Shown here: in pieces, positions 17,090 through 27,008 of the stretch | Layout: every line of letters starts with the position of its first letter | Numbering within the stretch: position 1 is the stretch's first letter | NCBI GenBank assembly: GCA_964347975.1 | Contig: CAYGAY010000007.1 | Coordinates: 11,066-75,065 of the forward strand | From: an uncultured Dehalococcoidia bacterium | GTDB taxonomy: Bacteria; Chloroflexota; Dehalococcoidia; Lucifugimonadales; UBA3495 | Direction of reading: 5' to 3' | Length of the DNA: 64,000 nucleotides | Made by a program: the position numbers and the translations under genes | Notes under the pieces: generated by a model | What the model was told of the DNA's origin: nothing | Databases searched by the model: none | The model's input: the letters and a program-made list of their open reading frames with translations, nothing else

Positions 17090-17179
17090 GGAGAGGTGCC
17101 AGAGTGGACGAATGGGCGCGACTGGAAATCGCGTAGGGGTTAACGCCTCTCGCGGGTTCGAATCCCGCCCTCTCCGCCA
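17090..17179 (+). tRNA. tRNA-Ser (anticodon GGA), CCA encoded
   Basis: GGAGAGG acceptor stem pairs with CCTCTCC. Anticodon loop is cuGGAaa. The long variable arm gtaggggttaacgcctctc marks a class II tRNA. T-arm is GGGTTCGAATCCC, followed by discriminator G and CCA. Confidence 0.9.
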
Positions 17180-17365
17180 CTGTAGCAGCCTCTAACGATG
17201 TCTGCTCCGTCTGCCGGCGCTTGCCAGGTCAGCGTTACATCGTAGCCCCCCGGCAAAACCGGCCGTTTCCTGTCAAATTGAGTCCGGGTTGCCCGGCCCA
17301 ACTCCCGCTGCGCCTCCGGGTCAGCGCGTCTTCCCGCCGGCCATACGCTCAAACCGGTCGGCGGT

Positions 17366-18139
17366 TCACACCGCCATGATGTGGTAACCGGCGTCCACCG
17401 GGAGCACCGCTCCGGTTACCCCGCTGGACAGGTCGCTGCACAGGAACAGCGCCGTATTCGCCACCTCGTCGGCGGTGATATTGCGGCCCAGGGGCGCCTT
17501 CTCCGCGTGGGTGCGGCGCATATCCAGGAAACCGCTGATGCCCCGCGCCGCCAGCGTATCCACCGGGCCGGCGGAAATGGCGTTAACCCGGATGTTGTCG
17601 CCGCCGTATTCATACGCCAGTTGCCGGATCTCGTGCTCCAGCGCCGCCTTGGCCGTTCCCATGACATTGTAACCGGGATAAACCCGGCTGGCGGCGTGGA
17701 ACGTCATGGCGATGACACTGCCGCTTTCAGTCATCAGGGGCGCGGCGTAGCGGACCATGGGCAGCAACGTAAAGGCGCTGATCTCCAGCGCCAGCCGGAA
17801 GCCGTCGCGCCCGGTGTCGGCCAGGCGCCCGGCCAGATCATCCCGGTTGGCGAAAGCGATGCTGTGCACCAGCGCTGACAGCGAGCCCATCTCGGCCTGC
17901 ACACCCTCGAACACCGCCTGAATCTGTCCGTCGTCGGATGCGTCGCACGGGAAGATCAGGGCGTCGTCCAGAGTTCCGGCCAGCCGCGCCACCCGGCTCT
18001 TGAGGCGGTCGTTCTGGTAGGTCAGCGCGATGCGCGCTCCGGCCTCGGCCAGGGTGCGGGCGATGGCCCAGGCAATGCTGCGGTCGTTGGCCACGCCGAA
18101 GATGACCGCATTGCGGCCGGTCAAGTCGATGGGATACAC
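17366..18139 (-). CDS. fabI: enoyl-[acyl-carrier-protein] reductase (NADH)
   Basis: GVANDRSIAWAIA, YNVMGTAKAALE (Tyr/Lys catalytic pair) and ISAGPVDTLAA. The start was set to GTG 18139 (GAGG upstream). The longer ORF N-terminus (MPRFARNDKND) is translated from a family A repeat. Confidence 0.9.
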   Translation of the reverse strand: MYPIDLTGRNAVIFGVANDRSIAWAIARTLAEAGARIALTYQNDRLKSRVARLAGTLDDALIFPCDASDDGQIQAVFEGVQAEMGSLSALVHSIAFANRDDLAGRLADTGRDGFRLALEISAFTLLPMVRYAAPLMTESGSVIAMTFHAASRVYPGYNVMGTAKAALEHEIRQLAYEYGGDNIRVNAISAGPVDTLAARGISGFLDMRRTHAEKAPLGRNITADEVANTALFLCSDLSSGVTGAVLPVDAGYHIMAV

Positions 18140-18158
18140 GGGGGTTGCCTCGTTATCG

Positions 18159-18289
18159 TTTTTGTCATTGCGAGCGAAGCGCGGCAATCTCCTTACCGGA
18201 AGGATCCTCTCTCCGTCAGCAAGATTGCCCGATTTGTCAAAGATCGGGCAATCTCGCTCCTCGTAATGACAAGGTGGGTACGCATGAGG
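18159..18289. repeat. palindromic repeat family A, short form (left terminal arm missing)
   Basis: tttttgtcattgcgagcgaagcgcggcaatctcc...aagattgcccgatttgtcaaagatcgggc...ctcgtaatgacaaggtgggtacgcatgagg. Confidence 0.8.
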
Positions 18290-18316
18290 ATTGATTGTAC
18301 TGCGTCGGCAGTCGTG

Positions 18317-19303
18317 TTACAGACGGAAATCGGGCGCCACCTGCTCCAGGAAAGTCTGCATCTGCTCCTCCTGGCGATAGCTGGCGAACCGCACTACTAT
18401 CTGGTCGGCGCCGGCGGCGGCGTAGGCGTGGATGCGCTCCCGCACCCGCTCCGCATCGCCAAAGGGACCCCAGCGGTCTCCCCAGATGTTCGCGCCGTAG
18501 TAGCCCAGCAGCCAGTCCTCGGCCTCGGCCTCGCCCCTGGCGACATCCTCGTCCAGGTTCACCGTCAGGTACATCACCGAGGACATGTCATCGGGGTTTC
18601 GCCCGTACTCCGCGTAGTAGTCGCGCACGGTGTCGGTCATTTCCACGAACTCGTCGGGCGTGGCCGAAATGGAGATGATGCCGTCGGCCAGTCGCGCGGC
18701 GCGGCGGGCCTGTCGTTCCCGCTGCGCTCCCTGCCCGTCGCCCCGCCCGTGCCAGTGGACGCCCAGGTACACCGGCACGCCGTTGGATTGAACCGGCGTA
18801 GGTTCCATCACCACGTCGTCCAGCTGGAAATGCCGGCCGTTAAAGGTGAAGGGCTGGCCGGAGCCGAGGCCCTTGATCACCTGCATCATCTCTTCCAGGC
18901 GTGGGGCTCGGGTGCGCCGGTTCACGTCGGCGTTGCGCCACTCCGCCTGCTGCATGGCGTTGAACGCGCCGCCCACGCCGACGCCAAGTTGCAGCCGGCC
19001 GCCGGAAATAAGGTCCACCGTGCCCACCATCTGGGCCAGCAGCGCCGGGTGGCGCAGCGCCATCAGCATCACGGCGGTGCCCAGCCGAACCCGGGACGTG
19101 CGGGCGGCGATGGCCGCCAGGGTGGTCATCGCCTCCAGCCGGGGCTTGGCGGTCAGACTGTCGCCGACCCACACCGAGTCGAGGCCGGCCTCCTCGGCCC
19201 ACGTGGCCAGCCGCAGCGTCGATTCCGCGTCGGTGGGTTTGCGGTCTTCCAGCAGCAGGCCCCGGGTGGGCAGCAGGCAGCCCAGTTGTACTTTGTCAGC
19301 CAT
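18317..19303 (-). CDS. LLM-class (luciferase-like) flavin/F420-dependent oxidoreductase
   Basis: LATWAEEAGLDSVWVGDSL...LGTAVMLMALRHPALLAQ...DLISGGRLQLGVGVG. It is adjacent to the F420 biosynthesis genes. Confidence 0.8.
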   Translation of the reverse strand: MADKVQLGCLLPTRGLLLEDRKPTDAESTLRLATWAEEAGLDSVWVGDSLTAKPRLEAMTTLAAIAARTSRVRLGTAVMLMALRHPALLAQMVGTVDLISGGRLQLGVGVGGAFNAMQQAEWRNADVNRRTRAPRLEEMMQVIKGLGSGQPFTFNGRHFQLDDVVMEPTPVQSNGVPVYLGVHWHGRGDGQGAQRERQARRAARLADGIISISATPDEFVEMTDTVRDYYAEYGRNPDDMSSVMYLTVNLDEDVARGEAEAEDWLLGYYGANIWGDRWGPFGDAERVRERIHAYAAAGADQIVVRFASYRQEEQMQTFLEQVAPDFRL

Positions 19304-19309
19304 AAAACG

Positions 19310-19999
19310 TCACAATTGCAGGGGTTGGCGGTTGATGTTCCCGGGTTTCCGGCCCATCAGACGTTCCAGCAGGCCGGGTTCCATGTGCTCGTACTCATCC
19401 AGGTCGGAGCCGTCGTCCAGGTCGAATCCCATGCCCGAACTGTAGTAGAACGCCACGGACACCCCCATGCGGGCGGCGGTGGCGACGTGCTTGCGGAAAC
19501 TGTTGTTGCCCAACTCCGGCCGGAAATACGGTATCAGATCATAGGGCACCAGGATGGCGTTAGTGCCGCCGTCCCGCCGCGCCGGGGACAGGGTGATGTT
19601 GTGCTGGTGCTGGGCGCTGCGAATCAGCTGGTGAATGTCGCTGGGCTTGATGAAAGGCAGATCCCCGGGCAGGTACAGGGCCGACACGCCGCGCAGCCGG
19701 GCATTCTCGAATGACTTGGTGATCGTATCGTTGAGGTTGCGGCCCAGGTCCTCCATCCAGTTGGCCCCAAAGGTGCGGGCCAGGTTGCGGATGCGGTCGT
19801 CGCCGCCCACCACCCAGAAGGGATCGGCCCCGGCCCCCCGGATGGCCAGCAGCACCCGGCGGAGCATTCCCATGGTCAGGTCCTCCCGGTCCGGCACGGT
19901 CATCACCCGGGACAACCGGGTCTTGCAGTCGGCCAGCGGTTTCATCGGAACCAACGGCACCACGGTAGGGGTGGACTGATTTTCGGAATCCATCATCAT
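19310..19999 (-). CDS. cofC: 2-phospho-L-lactate (or PEP) guanylyltransferase CofC/FbiD
   Basis: VVPLVPMKPLADCKTRLS N-terminal signature. It overlaps the cofD stop. Confidence 0.8.
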   Translation of the reverse strand: MMMDSENQSTPTVVPLVPMKPLADCKTRLSRVMTVPDREDLTMGMLRRVLLAIRGAGADPFWVVGGDDRIRNLARTFGANWMEDLGRNLNDTITKSFENARLRGVSALYLPGDLPFIKPSDIHQLIRSAQHQHNITLSPARRDGGTNAILVPYDLIPYFRPELGNNSFRKHVATAARMGVSVAFYYSSGMGFDLDDGSDLDEYEHMEPGLLERLMGRKPGNINRQPLQL

Positions 20000-20979
20000 G
20001 CGGTCGCCTCTGCCGGGACGGCCAGTTCCAGGACCTGCCGCGCCAGCGCGATTTTGTCGTCGTCCGTCTCCATTATAGTGGGCATTACCGCCGGCTCAAT
20101 CCCCGCGGCGGCAACGGCGTCGGCCAGTCCCGCGTCCTGCGAATCCAGCGCCAGCGCGTCGCATATGCCGCGATACTCATGGGCCACCCCAACGGCGGAA
20201 ACCTCCACGCCCAACTCCGCCATTATCTTCCCCGCCGGCCCCCGCACGGCAGCCCCTCCCACGATTGGGCTGACGGCAATCCGCCGCCCGCCATGCCCGG
20301 CGATGGCGTCGCGGACGCCCGGGATGGCAAGGATTGGCGCAACGCTCAAGAACGGGTTGGATGGGCAGATGACGATGGCTGCGGCCTCCGCCAGGGCGGC
20401 GGCGAACCCGGGCGACGGTCGCGCCTCCTCGGCCCCATCGTAGCGGATGGAACGCACCACCGGCTCAGCCCGGCGCTTCACGAAATACTCCTGCATCGCC
20501 AGCGTGCCGGCGTCGGTTTCCAGCGTCGTGCGAACCGGCTGGTCGCTCATGGGCACGATGGCGTGCCGGATGCCCAGGGAGGACGTCAGTTGGGCCGTCA
20601 CCTCGGACAGCGTTCCCCCCCTGCGGAGCAAATCAGTGCGGCGGATGTGCATGGCGAAATCGCGGCTGCCCAGGTTGAACCAGGTGTCCGCGCCCAGCCG
20701 GTTGAGCATTTGGAGAGTCTCGAAGGAGTCGCCGGCAATGCCCCAGCCGGTCTCAGGGTTGTACAGTCCCGACAGGGTATAAGCCATGGTGTCCAGGTCG
20801 GGAGACACGTGCAACCCATGGAACTCCTCATCGTCGCCGGTATTGACGACGATTACCAGGAGCTCCGGCGGCAGGATTTTCGCCAATCCCAGGGCCAGCT
20901 TGGCCCCGCCGACGCCGCCGGCCAGCGCCAGTACCAACCCCTGCCCTCTGTTGCTTGCTTGATTGGGTTTTGTTGACAC
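19996..20979 (-). CDS. cofD: 2-phospho-L-lactate transferase CofD/FbiA
   Basis: LVLALAGGVGGAKLALGL N-terminus and ICPSNPFLSVAPIL motif. Confidence 0.85.
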   Translation of the reverse strand: MSTKPNQASNRGQGLVLALAGGVGGAKLALGLAKILPPELLVIVVNTGDDEEFHGLHVSPDLDTMAYTLSGLYNPETGWGIAGDSFETLQMLNRLGADTWFNLGSRDFAMHIRRTDLLRRGGTLSEVTAQLTSSLGIRHAIVPMSDQPVRTTLETDAGTLAMQEYFVKRRAEPVVRSIRYDGAEEARPSPGFAAALAEAAAIVICPSNPFLSVAPILAIPGVRDAIAGHGGRRIAVSPIVGGAAVRGPAGKIMAELGVEVSAVGVAHEYRGICDALALDSQDAGLADAVAAAGIEPAVMPTIMETDDDKIALARQVLELAVPAEATA

Positions 20980-20980
20980 T

Positions 20981-22300
20981 TTACGCCGGCTGCTCCGCCG
21001 CGGCCCGTTCGCGCTGGGCGCGGGGATGCTCGAAGCGGTAGGAATCCATCTGCACCAGCTTGTTATAGGAGCCGAAAATCTCCTCCACGTTGTCGCCCAC
21101 CAGGTCCAGAGGATCTACAACGTCGTCGGCTTCGCTGAAGACGCGGCGCAAGCCGTAGGTGGTGTAGCGTTCCGCCGGAGTCCGGCCCGCCTCGCGGATC
21201 ATGCCGCGAAACTCGGCCGGGCGCATCAACTGGCCGTGCATCGCGCCGGCCGAGGTCGATATGCTCTCGTTGATCAGGGTGCCCCCCAGGTCGTTGACGC
21301 CGGCGGTCAGCAGCAGCTGGGACATCCGGCTGCCCTCTTTCACCCACGACGCCTGGACGTTGGGGATCCAGTTGTTGAGCATAATGCGGGCAATGGCGTG
21401 AACCTTGATAACGTCCATGCCGGTGGGGCCGGAGCGCACGTTTTCCACCGTCCCCTTCAGGAACATGGGAGCTTCCGAGGCGACGAAACTCAACGGCACG
21501 AACTCGGTGAACCCGCCGGTGCTCTGCTGAATGTCCCGCAGCAGGGCGATGTGCCGCGCGATCTGCGCGTTGCTCTCCCGGTGGCCGAACATCACGGTGG
21601 AGGTGGTGGGTATGCCCAGGTCGTGGGCCGTGGTTATCACCTCAATCCACTGGTCAACGGTGATGCGGCCCGGCGAGATGATGTCCCGCAGTCCCTGGTC
21701 CAGAACTTCGGCGGACGTTCCCGGCAGGCTGCCCACGCCGGCGTCCTTCAGCCCCTCCAGGTACTCGCGGATGCTGCGCCGGGAACGGATGGAGCCGTAC
21801 AACACCTCCTCCGGCGAAAATCCGTGGATGTGCATATCGGGCAGCTCTTCCTTGATGGCCGCGCACAGCCGGATGTACAGGTCGCCCTCCATCTGGGGCG
21901 GCAGGCCGGCCTGGATGCAAACCTCGGTGGCCCCGTAGTCCTGGGCCTCCCTGGCCCGGCGGATGATTTCGTTCACCGGCAGAAAGTACCCTTCCTCCTC
22001 CCGGAAATCCCGGCTGAAGGCGCAGAAGCCGCACCGCTTGATGCAGACGTTGGTGAAGTTGACGTTCCGGTTCACCACGTAGGTGACCACGTCGCCCACC
22101 ACGCGGCGGCGCAGCTCGTCGGCCACCATGGTCATGGCAGCGAACTCAATCCCGCTGGTGGCGAACAGCGCATCGGCCTCGTCAACGGTGATGTCCTCGC
22201 CGGCCAGGGCTCGGTTCAACGCGGACGCTACAGCGGGGTCAACCCCCTTCATCAGCTCGGCAAGGGTTGCCGGAACGTCTTTATCGGTCATTGCGGGCAT
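20981..22300 (-). CDS. cofH: FO synthase (7,8-didemethyl-8-hydroxy-5-deazariboflavin synthase) subunit CofH
   Basis: Radical-SAM cluster NFTNVCIKRCGFCAF, and CofH-like length and context (cofG-cofH). Confidence 0.8.
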   Translation of the reverse strand: MPAMTDKDVPATLAELMKGVDPAVASALNRALAGEDITVDEADALFATSGIEFAAMTMVADELRRRVVGDVVTYVVNRNVNFTNVCIKRCGFCAFSRDFREEEGYFLPVNEIIRRAREAQDYGATEVCIQAGLPPQMEGDLYIRLCAAIKEELPDMHIHGFSPEEVLYGSIRSRRSIREYLEGLKDAGVGSLPGTSAEVLDQGLRDIISPGRITVDQWIEVITTAHDLGIPTTSTVMFGHRESNAQIARHIALLRDIQQSTGGFTEFVPLSFVASEAPMFLKGTVENVRSGPTGMDVIKVHAIARIMLNNWIPNVQASWVKEGSRMSQLLLTAGVNDLGGTLINESISTSAGAMHGQLMRPAEFRGMIREAGRTPAERYTTYGLRRVFSEADDVVDPLDLVGDNVEEIFGSYNKLVQMDSYRFEHPRAQRERAAAEQPA

Positions 22301-22372
22301 AGCGTTGGGTTCCCCCTTTCACGTAGGAACGTCTAAATCGTTTAGGTGCGCCGGAGACCGTAGCCCCTGGCC

Positions 22373-23692
22373 TTATTTGGTGGTTTCCTGGCTTGGGCCG
22401 GTTGCCTTATTAACCGTGGGCGGACCTTGCTCCGAAATCCCCATTGCGCGCATTTCGGACACGGCAACTTTCACGTATCCGTCCTGGTCGGTCAAGCGCA
22501 ATAGTTTGGCTTTCAAATCCGCCGGCAGGGGCCATTCCGACCCGTTGGCAAAGTATTCAGGATACACCGGCAGGCGGGGACGCAGCTCGTAGCCGGCCTC
22601 CTGCGTGCGCCGTTCCAACTCGGCCAGTTGCGGCCACGGCGCTTCCGGATTCACGTAGTCAATGGTCAGCGGCGAAACGCCGCCCCAGTCGTTGATGCCG
22701 GCGGCAATGTAGCGTTCGTAATTTTCGCTGAGGTTGGGCGGAACCTGGATGTTCACGCTCCTGCCCATGATGAGCCGGGCCACGGCGGTGGTCCACATCA
22801 GCTCGTCGGGCGCGGCGTCGGGCGTGTCGGCCATGGGCGTATCCGACTTGGCGCGGAAGTTCTGCACGATCACTTCCTGGATGTGCCCGTAGCGCTGGTG
22901 CAGTTCGCGAATCGCCAGCAGCGACTCCACGCGCTCGGTTCGGGTTTCCCCGATGCCGATGAGTATGCCCGTGGTGAAAGGTATGCCCAACTCGCCGGCC
23001 AACTCCATGGTGCGCAAACGCACGCGAGGCCGCTTGCTGGGGGCGAATTCGTGGGGGCCGCCGGCTTCGTACAGGCGCGGGCTGGAACTCTCCAGCATGA
23101 TGCCCACGGATGGGTTGGTGGGTTGCAGGGCCTCCAGCTCCCGGCGGCTCATGGTGCCGGGGTTACCGTGGGGCAGCAGGTCGGTCTTCTCAAACACCAT
23201 GCGGCACATCGCCGCCAGGTATTCCAGCGTGGTCCGGTAGCCGTTCCGGGACAGCCAATCGCCGGCCTCGGCGTAGCGTTGCTCCGGACGTTCCCCCAGC
23301 GTGAACAGGGCTTCGGTGCAGCCCAACCGCTGCCCGGCCGAGGCAACCGACAGCGTTTCTTCCGCCGTCAAGTACAGACTGGCGGCCTCGTTGGGCAACT
23401 GGCGGAAGGTGCAGTAACCGCAGAAATCACGGCACAACCGGGTCAAAGGAATGAACACTTTGGGAGAAAAGGTTATGACGCGCCCCCGTCCCCGGTCGCG
23501 CAGTTCGGCGGCGGCGGCGCAAAGTTCGCCCATCGCCGCGTCGCCCAGATCAACCAGCGCCAAGGCATCGCCCTCCGACAAATCGGCGCCGGCGGCCAGC
23601 CGGTCCAGGGATGGCCGGCGCAAAGTCGTTGCGCGGAAGGCAGCAGCGGAGGTCACGTCAATATATCCTGGAGCGGGCGCGGGGCCTTTCAT
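22373..23692 (-). CDS. cofG: FO synthase subunit CofG
   Basis: Radical-SAM motif LTRLCRDFCGYCTF. The start was set to ATG 23692 because the longer ORF N-terminus derives from a family A repeat. Confidence 0.8.
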   Translation of the reverse strand: MKGPAPAPGYIDVTSAAAFRATTLRRPSLDRLAAGADLSEGDALALVDLGDAAMGELCAAAAELRDRGRGRVITFSPKVFIPLTRLCRDFCGYCTFRQLPNEAASLYLTAEETLSVASAGQRLGCTEALFTLGERPEQRYAEAGDWLSRNGYRTTLEYLAAMCRMVFEKTDLLPHGNPGTMSRRELEALQPTNPSVGIMLESSSPRLYEAGGPHEFAPSKRPRVRLRTMELAGELGIPFTTGILIGIGETRTERVESLLAIRELHQRYGHIQEVIVQNFRAKSDTPMADTPDAAPDELMWTTAVARLIMGRSVNIQVPPNLSENYERYIAAGINDWGGVSPLTIDYVNPEAPWPQLAELERRTQEAGYELRPRLPVYPEYFANGSEWPLPADLKAKLLRLTDQDGYVKVAVSEMRAMGISEQGPPTVNKATGPSQETTK

Positions 23693-23722
23693 TTTCTGTC
23701 GGAATCCAAATGAGCGTTGCCG

Positions 23723-23888
23723 CTCATGCGTACCCACTTTCCGCAAACTGTCATTGCGACCCCGTACTTGATACGGAGGCGGCAATCGTACTCGTTGTCG
23801 AAGGATCCGTCGCTCAGCCGGCGAGATTGCCCGATTTGTGAAAGATCAGGCTTCGCTCCTCGCAATGACAAAGTGGGTACGCATGAGG
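23723..23888. repeat. palindromic repeat family A, short form, complete
   Basis: ctcatgcgtacccactttccgcaaactgtcattgcga...gcgagattgcccgatttgtgaaagatcaggc...ctcgcaatgacaaagtgggtacgcatgagg. Confidence 0.85.
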
Positions 23889-24053
23889 GACATTGCGCGC
23901 TTGAAATCACACGCCCGTCATTGTAAGCAGGCGGTAGTCGGGATTCAAGGCACGGACGCCGACGATTTGGCTGATGTTAACATTATGTCAATCACATCAG
24001 CCGTAAGTGCTGAAAATGCTGACTTGCCGCTGATCTGCATTGTGTCGATTATG

Positions 24054-25148
24054 TCAATTACGGAACAGCTGCGCCTGCGGTCCCGGGTCGGAAGCGCCGC
24101 CGCCCGCCCAGGGCCAACCCAGGTATTCGTAGGCCAGCCGGGTGGCTACGCGACCGCGAGGGGTGCGTTCCAGGAAACCCTGTTGCAGCAGGAACGGCTC
24201 CAGCACTTCCATCACGGTGCTGGTGTCCTCGCTCAACGCGGCGGAGAGGGTGTCCAATCCCACCGGGCCGCCGTTGAACTTGTGGATGATGTTGGTAAGC
24301 AGGCGGTGGTCGGTCTCGTCCAGCCCGCGGGCATCCACGCCCAGGCGGTCCAGCGACTCCCGGGCCACCGGGCCGGTGATGCGGTTGTCCGCCCGCACCA
24401 GCGCGTAGTCCCGCGCCCGTCGCAGCAGCCGGTTGGCGATGCGCGGCGTGCCCCGGGAACGGATGGCAACCTCCCGCAGACCCTCCTGGTCCGCCTCGAT
24501 GCCCAGGATGCGGGCCGAACGGCGCACCACCGTCTCCATGTCCTCATCAGAGTAATAATCCAGCCGGAACACCGAACCGAAACGGGCGCGCAGCGGCGCG
24601 CTGATCAGTGAGTATCGCGTCGTCGCGCCCACCAGCGTGAAGGGATTGATCCGCAGGTTGATGCTCCGCGCCGACAGCCCCTTGCCCACCACCCAGGAGA
24701 GAAAGAAGTCTTCCATCGCCGAGTGCATCACTTCCTCCACTGACCGGTTGAGACGATGAATTTCGTCGATGAACAGGACATCGTTGGGCTGTAACCCGGT
24801 GAGTATGGAGGCGATATCGCTGGCCCGTTCCACCGCTGGGCCGGAAGTCACCCTGATAGTGGACCCCATCTCATGGGCGATGATGTTGGCCAGGGTAGTC
24901 TTGCCCAGGCCGGGCGGGCCGTAGATAACTACGTGATCCAGCGCCTCGCCGCGCATCCGCGCCGCCTGCATTGCGATGCTCAGGTTCTCCCGAACCTGGG
25001 GTTGGCCCACGAAATCGTCCAGCCGGGCCGGGCGGATCCGCGCATCCGGTTCGCCGTCGTCATGCTGCGCCGCCGGCGATACCGCCCGCGCGCTGATCTC
25101 CGATGACTCGTCGGTTCGTTCTGCGCCGGATTCTTGAACGGAAGTCAT
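24054..25148 (-). CDS. ruvB: Holliday junction branch migration helicase RuvB
   Basis: [11 protein letters not shown], Walker [12 protein letters not shown], Walker [10 protein letters not shown] and [12 protein letters not shown]. Confidence 0.95.
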   Translation of the reverse strand: MTSVQESGAERTDESSEISARAVSPAAQHDDGEPDARIRPARLDDFVGQPQVRENLSIAMQAARMRGEALDHVVIYGPPGLGKTTLANIIAHEMGSTIRVTSGPAVERASDIASILTGLQPNDVLFIDEIHRLNRSVEEVMHSAMEDFFLSWVVGKGLSARSINLRINPFTLVGATTRYSLISAPLRARFGSVFRLDYYSDEDMETVVRRSARILGIEADQEGLREVAIRSRGTPRIANRLLRRARDYALVRADNRITGPVARESLDRLGVDARGLDETDHRLLTNIIHKFNGGPVGLDTLSAALSEDTSTVMEVLEPFLLQQGFLERTPRGRVATRLAYEYLGWPWAGGGASDPGPQAQLFRN

Positions 25149-25194
25149 GCCCGCATTCTAGGGCCGGTATCGGAAAACGGTCAACCGCCGGCGC

Positions 25195-25222
25195 CTCCTT
25201 CCCACGAAAGCGGGAATCCAGT
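25195..25222. repeat. fragment of family B repeat
   Basis: ccttcccacgaaagcgggaatccagtgg resembles the ggattcccgcgaaagc / cggcgaaagccggaatcc cores. Confidence 0.45.
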
Positions 25223-25250
25223 GGCCGCATACGTCAATCACGTTTTCCTT

Positions 25251-25402
25251 CTCACGCGTACCCGCTTTTGTCATTGCGCCCCCGTACTTGACACGAGGGC
25301 GGCAATCTCGTTGCCCAGGGATGCGTCGCTCCGCCCGCGAGATTGCCCGCTTTGTCAAAGATCGGGCTTCGCCCCGCGCAATGCCAAAGCGGGTACGCTA
25401 GA
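25251..25402. repeat. palindromic repeat family A, short form, complete
   Basis: ctcacgcgtacccgcttttgtcattgcgcccccgtacttgacacgagggcggcaatctcg...gcgagattgcccgctttgtcaaagatcgggc...cgcaatgccaaagcgggtacgctagag. Confidence 0.85.
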
Positions 25403-25480
25403 GCCGGCGCGGGAATGGCACCGCCACCCGCGGGATGCTAGAATGGATAGCGTCGCAATTCGGGCCGGGAGTGTATTGCC

Positions 25481-26071
25481 ATGAGCGCCTCATCATCGTC
25501 ATCGCCGCGTCGCAAGCGGGTCTATACCAAGTACGGCGACCAGGGCGAAACCAGCCTGCTCTACGGCGGTCGGGTTTCCAAGGCGAACCCACACACCGAA
25601 GCCTACGGCATCACCGACGAGGCGGTCAGCCTGATGGGCCTGGCGCGCTCTCTCACCGATGACGACAAGGTGAAGAACATCCTCCGCGACCTGCAACGCG
25701 AACTCTTCATCGTCGCCGCTGAATTGGCGACGGACCCCGAAAAATACGACCTCTTCCACCAGCACTTTACCCCTGTTACCGAGGCGATGGTTGATAACCT
25801 GGAAGAAACCATCGACGAGCTGGAAACCCACTTCCAGATGCCCCAGGTATTCATCCTGCCCGGCGGCACTCCATCCTCGTCGGCCATGGACTCCGCCCGG
25901 ACGGTTATACGCACGGCGGAACGACGGGTGGTTGCCCTGTCTGAAGCCGACGGCTTGACCAATCCCTTGATACTTGCCTACCTGAACCGGCTGGGCGACC
26001 TGCTCTTCGTGCTGGCCCGATACCACGACCGTGACATTCCCATCGAACGGGCCACCGGCGACCGCGTCTGA
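25481..26071 (+). CDS. PduO-type ATP:cob(I)alamin adenosyltransferase
   Basis: VYTKYGDQGETSLLYGGRVSKANPHTEAYGITDE is the family N-terminal signature. Confidence 0.85.
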   Translation: MSASSSSSPRRKRVYTKYGDQGETSLLYGGRVSKANPHTEAYGITDEAVSLMGLARSLTDDDKVKNILRDLQRELFIVAAELATDPEKYDLFHQHFTPVTEAMVDNLEETIDELETHFQMPQVFILPGGTPSSSAMDSARTVIRTAERRVVALSEADGLTNPLILAYLNRLGDLLFVLARYHDRDIPIERATGDRV

Positions 26072-26078
26072 TTTGATA

Positions 26079-26717
26079 ATGGCCACCGACCCAACCGACG
26101 GGCCGCGCATCGTCATTATCGACTACGAATCGGGCAACCTGCGCAGCGTGGCTCGAGCCACGGCCTGGGCCGGCGGTTCGCCGTGGGTTTCCTCCGACCC
26201 GGCGTCGCTGGCGACTGCCGACGGGGTGATAATGCCGGGCCAGGGTTCCGGGCCGTCGGCCATGGCGGCCCTGCAATCCCGTGGCCTGGTACAGCCGCTG
26301 CTGGATTACATCGCCAGCGGACGACCCTACCTGGGCGTCTGTCTGGGCCTGCAACTGCTTCTGGAGGCCACCGACGAGGGCGATGCCGACTGCCTGGGAC
26401 TGGCGCCCGGCCGGGTGCGCCGGCTGCCCGACGGCCTGAAGGTTCCCCACATGGGATGGAACACCGTGCGGTTTCAGCGCCAACATCCCCTTTGGGAAGG
26501 CATCCCCCAGGACAGCCATTTCTACTTCGTCCACAGCTACTACGCCGACCCGGTGGCGCGAGAGAACGTGGCCGGCCTCACCGAATACGGCGTCCCATTC
26601 TGTAGCATATACGCCCGCGAAAACGTGGTGGCCACCCAGTTCCATCCGGAAAAAAGCGGCGAAAACGGCCTGCGCCTCTACGCCAACTTCATCCGTCAGG
26701 TTGCCAACGGCCGCTAG
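26079..26717 (+). CDS. hisH: imidazole glycerol phosphate synthase, glutamine amidotransferase subunit
   Basis: IVIIDYESGNLRSVARA, catalytic LGVCLGLQLL and FHPEKSG. The start was set to ATG 26079. Confidence 0.9.
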   Translation: MATDPTDGPRIVIIDYESGNLRSVARATAWAGGSPWVSSDPASLATADGVIMPGQGSGPSAMAALQSRGLVQPLLDYIASGRPYLGVCLGLQLLLEATDEGDADCLGLAPGRVRRLPDGLKVPHMGWNTVRFQRQHPLWEGIPQDSHFYFVHSYYADPVARENVAGLTEYGVPFCSIYARENVVATQFHPEKSGENGLRLYANFIRQVANGR

Positions 26718-26758
26718 TCGGGCAGCGGCGCCTCGCTGGGATCAGGGAGATAGCTACT

Positions 26759-27004
26759 ATGACGATTCCGGTCAATGACTACGCGAAGCGCAAAGCGCTG
26801 GGCCAAAGGATTTACGAGACCAAAATCAAGCGCCTGGTTGAGCCTCCGGAAAAGGGCAAGTTTGTGGTGATTGACCTCACGACCGAGGATTATGCCATCG
26901 GGCGCGACTGGGGCTATACAACACAGGAACTGCTCGACCGGCGCCCGGAGGCGGTTTTGCACAGCGTTAAAATTGGCCCACTGCCGGCGGAGATAAGCGG
27001 TTAG
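26759..27004 (+). CDS. small hypothetical protein (81 aa) inserted between hisH and hisA
   Basis: An intact ORF that fills the gap. The motif GKFVVIDLTTEDYAIGRD...LLDRRPEAVLHSVKIG resembles small proteins I recall next to retropepsin-like protease genes. That family assignment is not verified. Confidence 0.45.
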   Translation: MTIPVNDYAKRKALGQRIYETKIKRLVEPPEKGKFVVIDLTTEDYAIGRDWGYTTQELLDRRPEAVLHSVKIGPLPAEISG

Positions 27005-27008
27005 AACT

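Noticed and set aside
23982-24058. Direct 11-mer repeat ATTATGTCAAT (23982-23992 and 24048-24058) in an AT-rich patch at the ruvB 3' end, considered as att-site or insertion scars.
   Set aside because: - There is no integrase, tRNA or mobile gene nearby.
- The 55-nt segment between the copies has no coding capacity.
- A single 11-mer pair could be chance.
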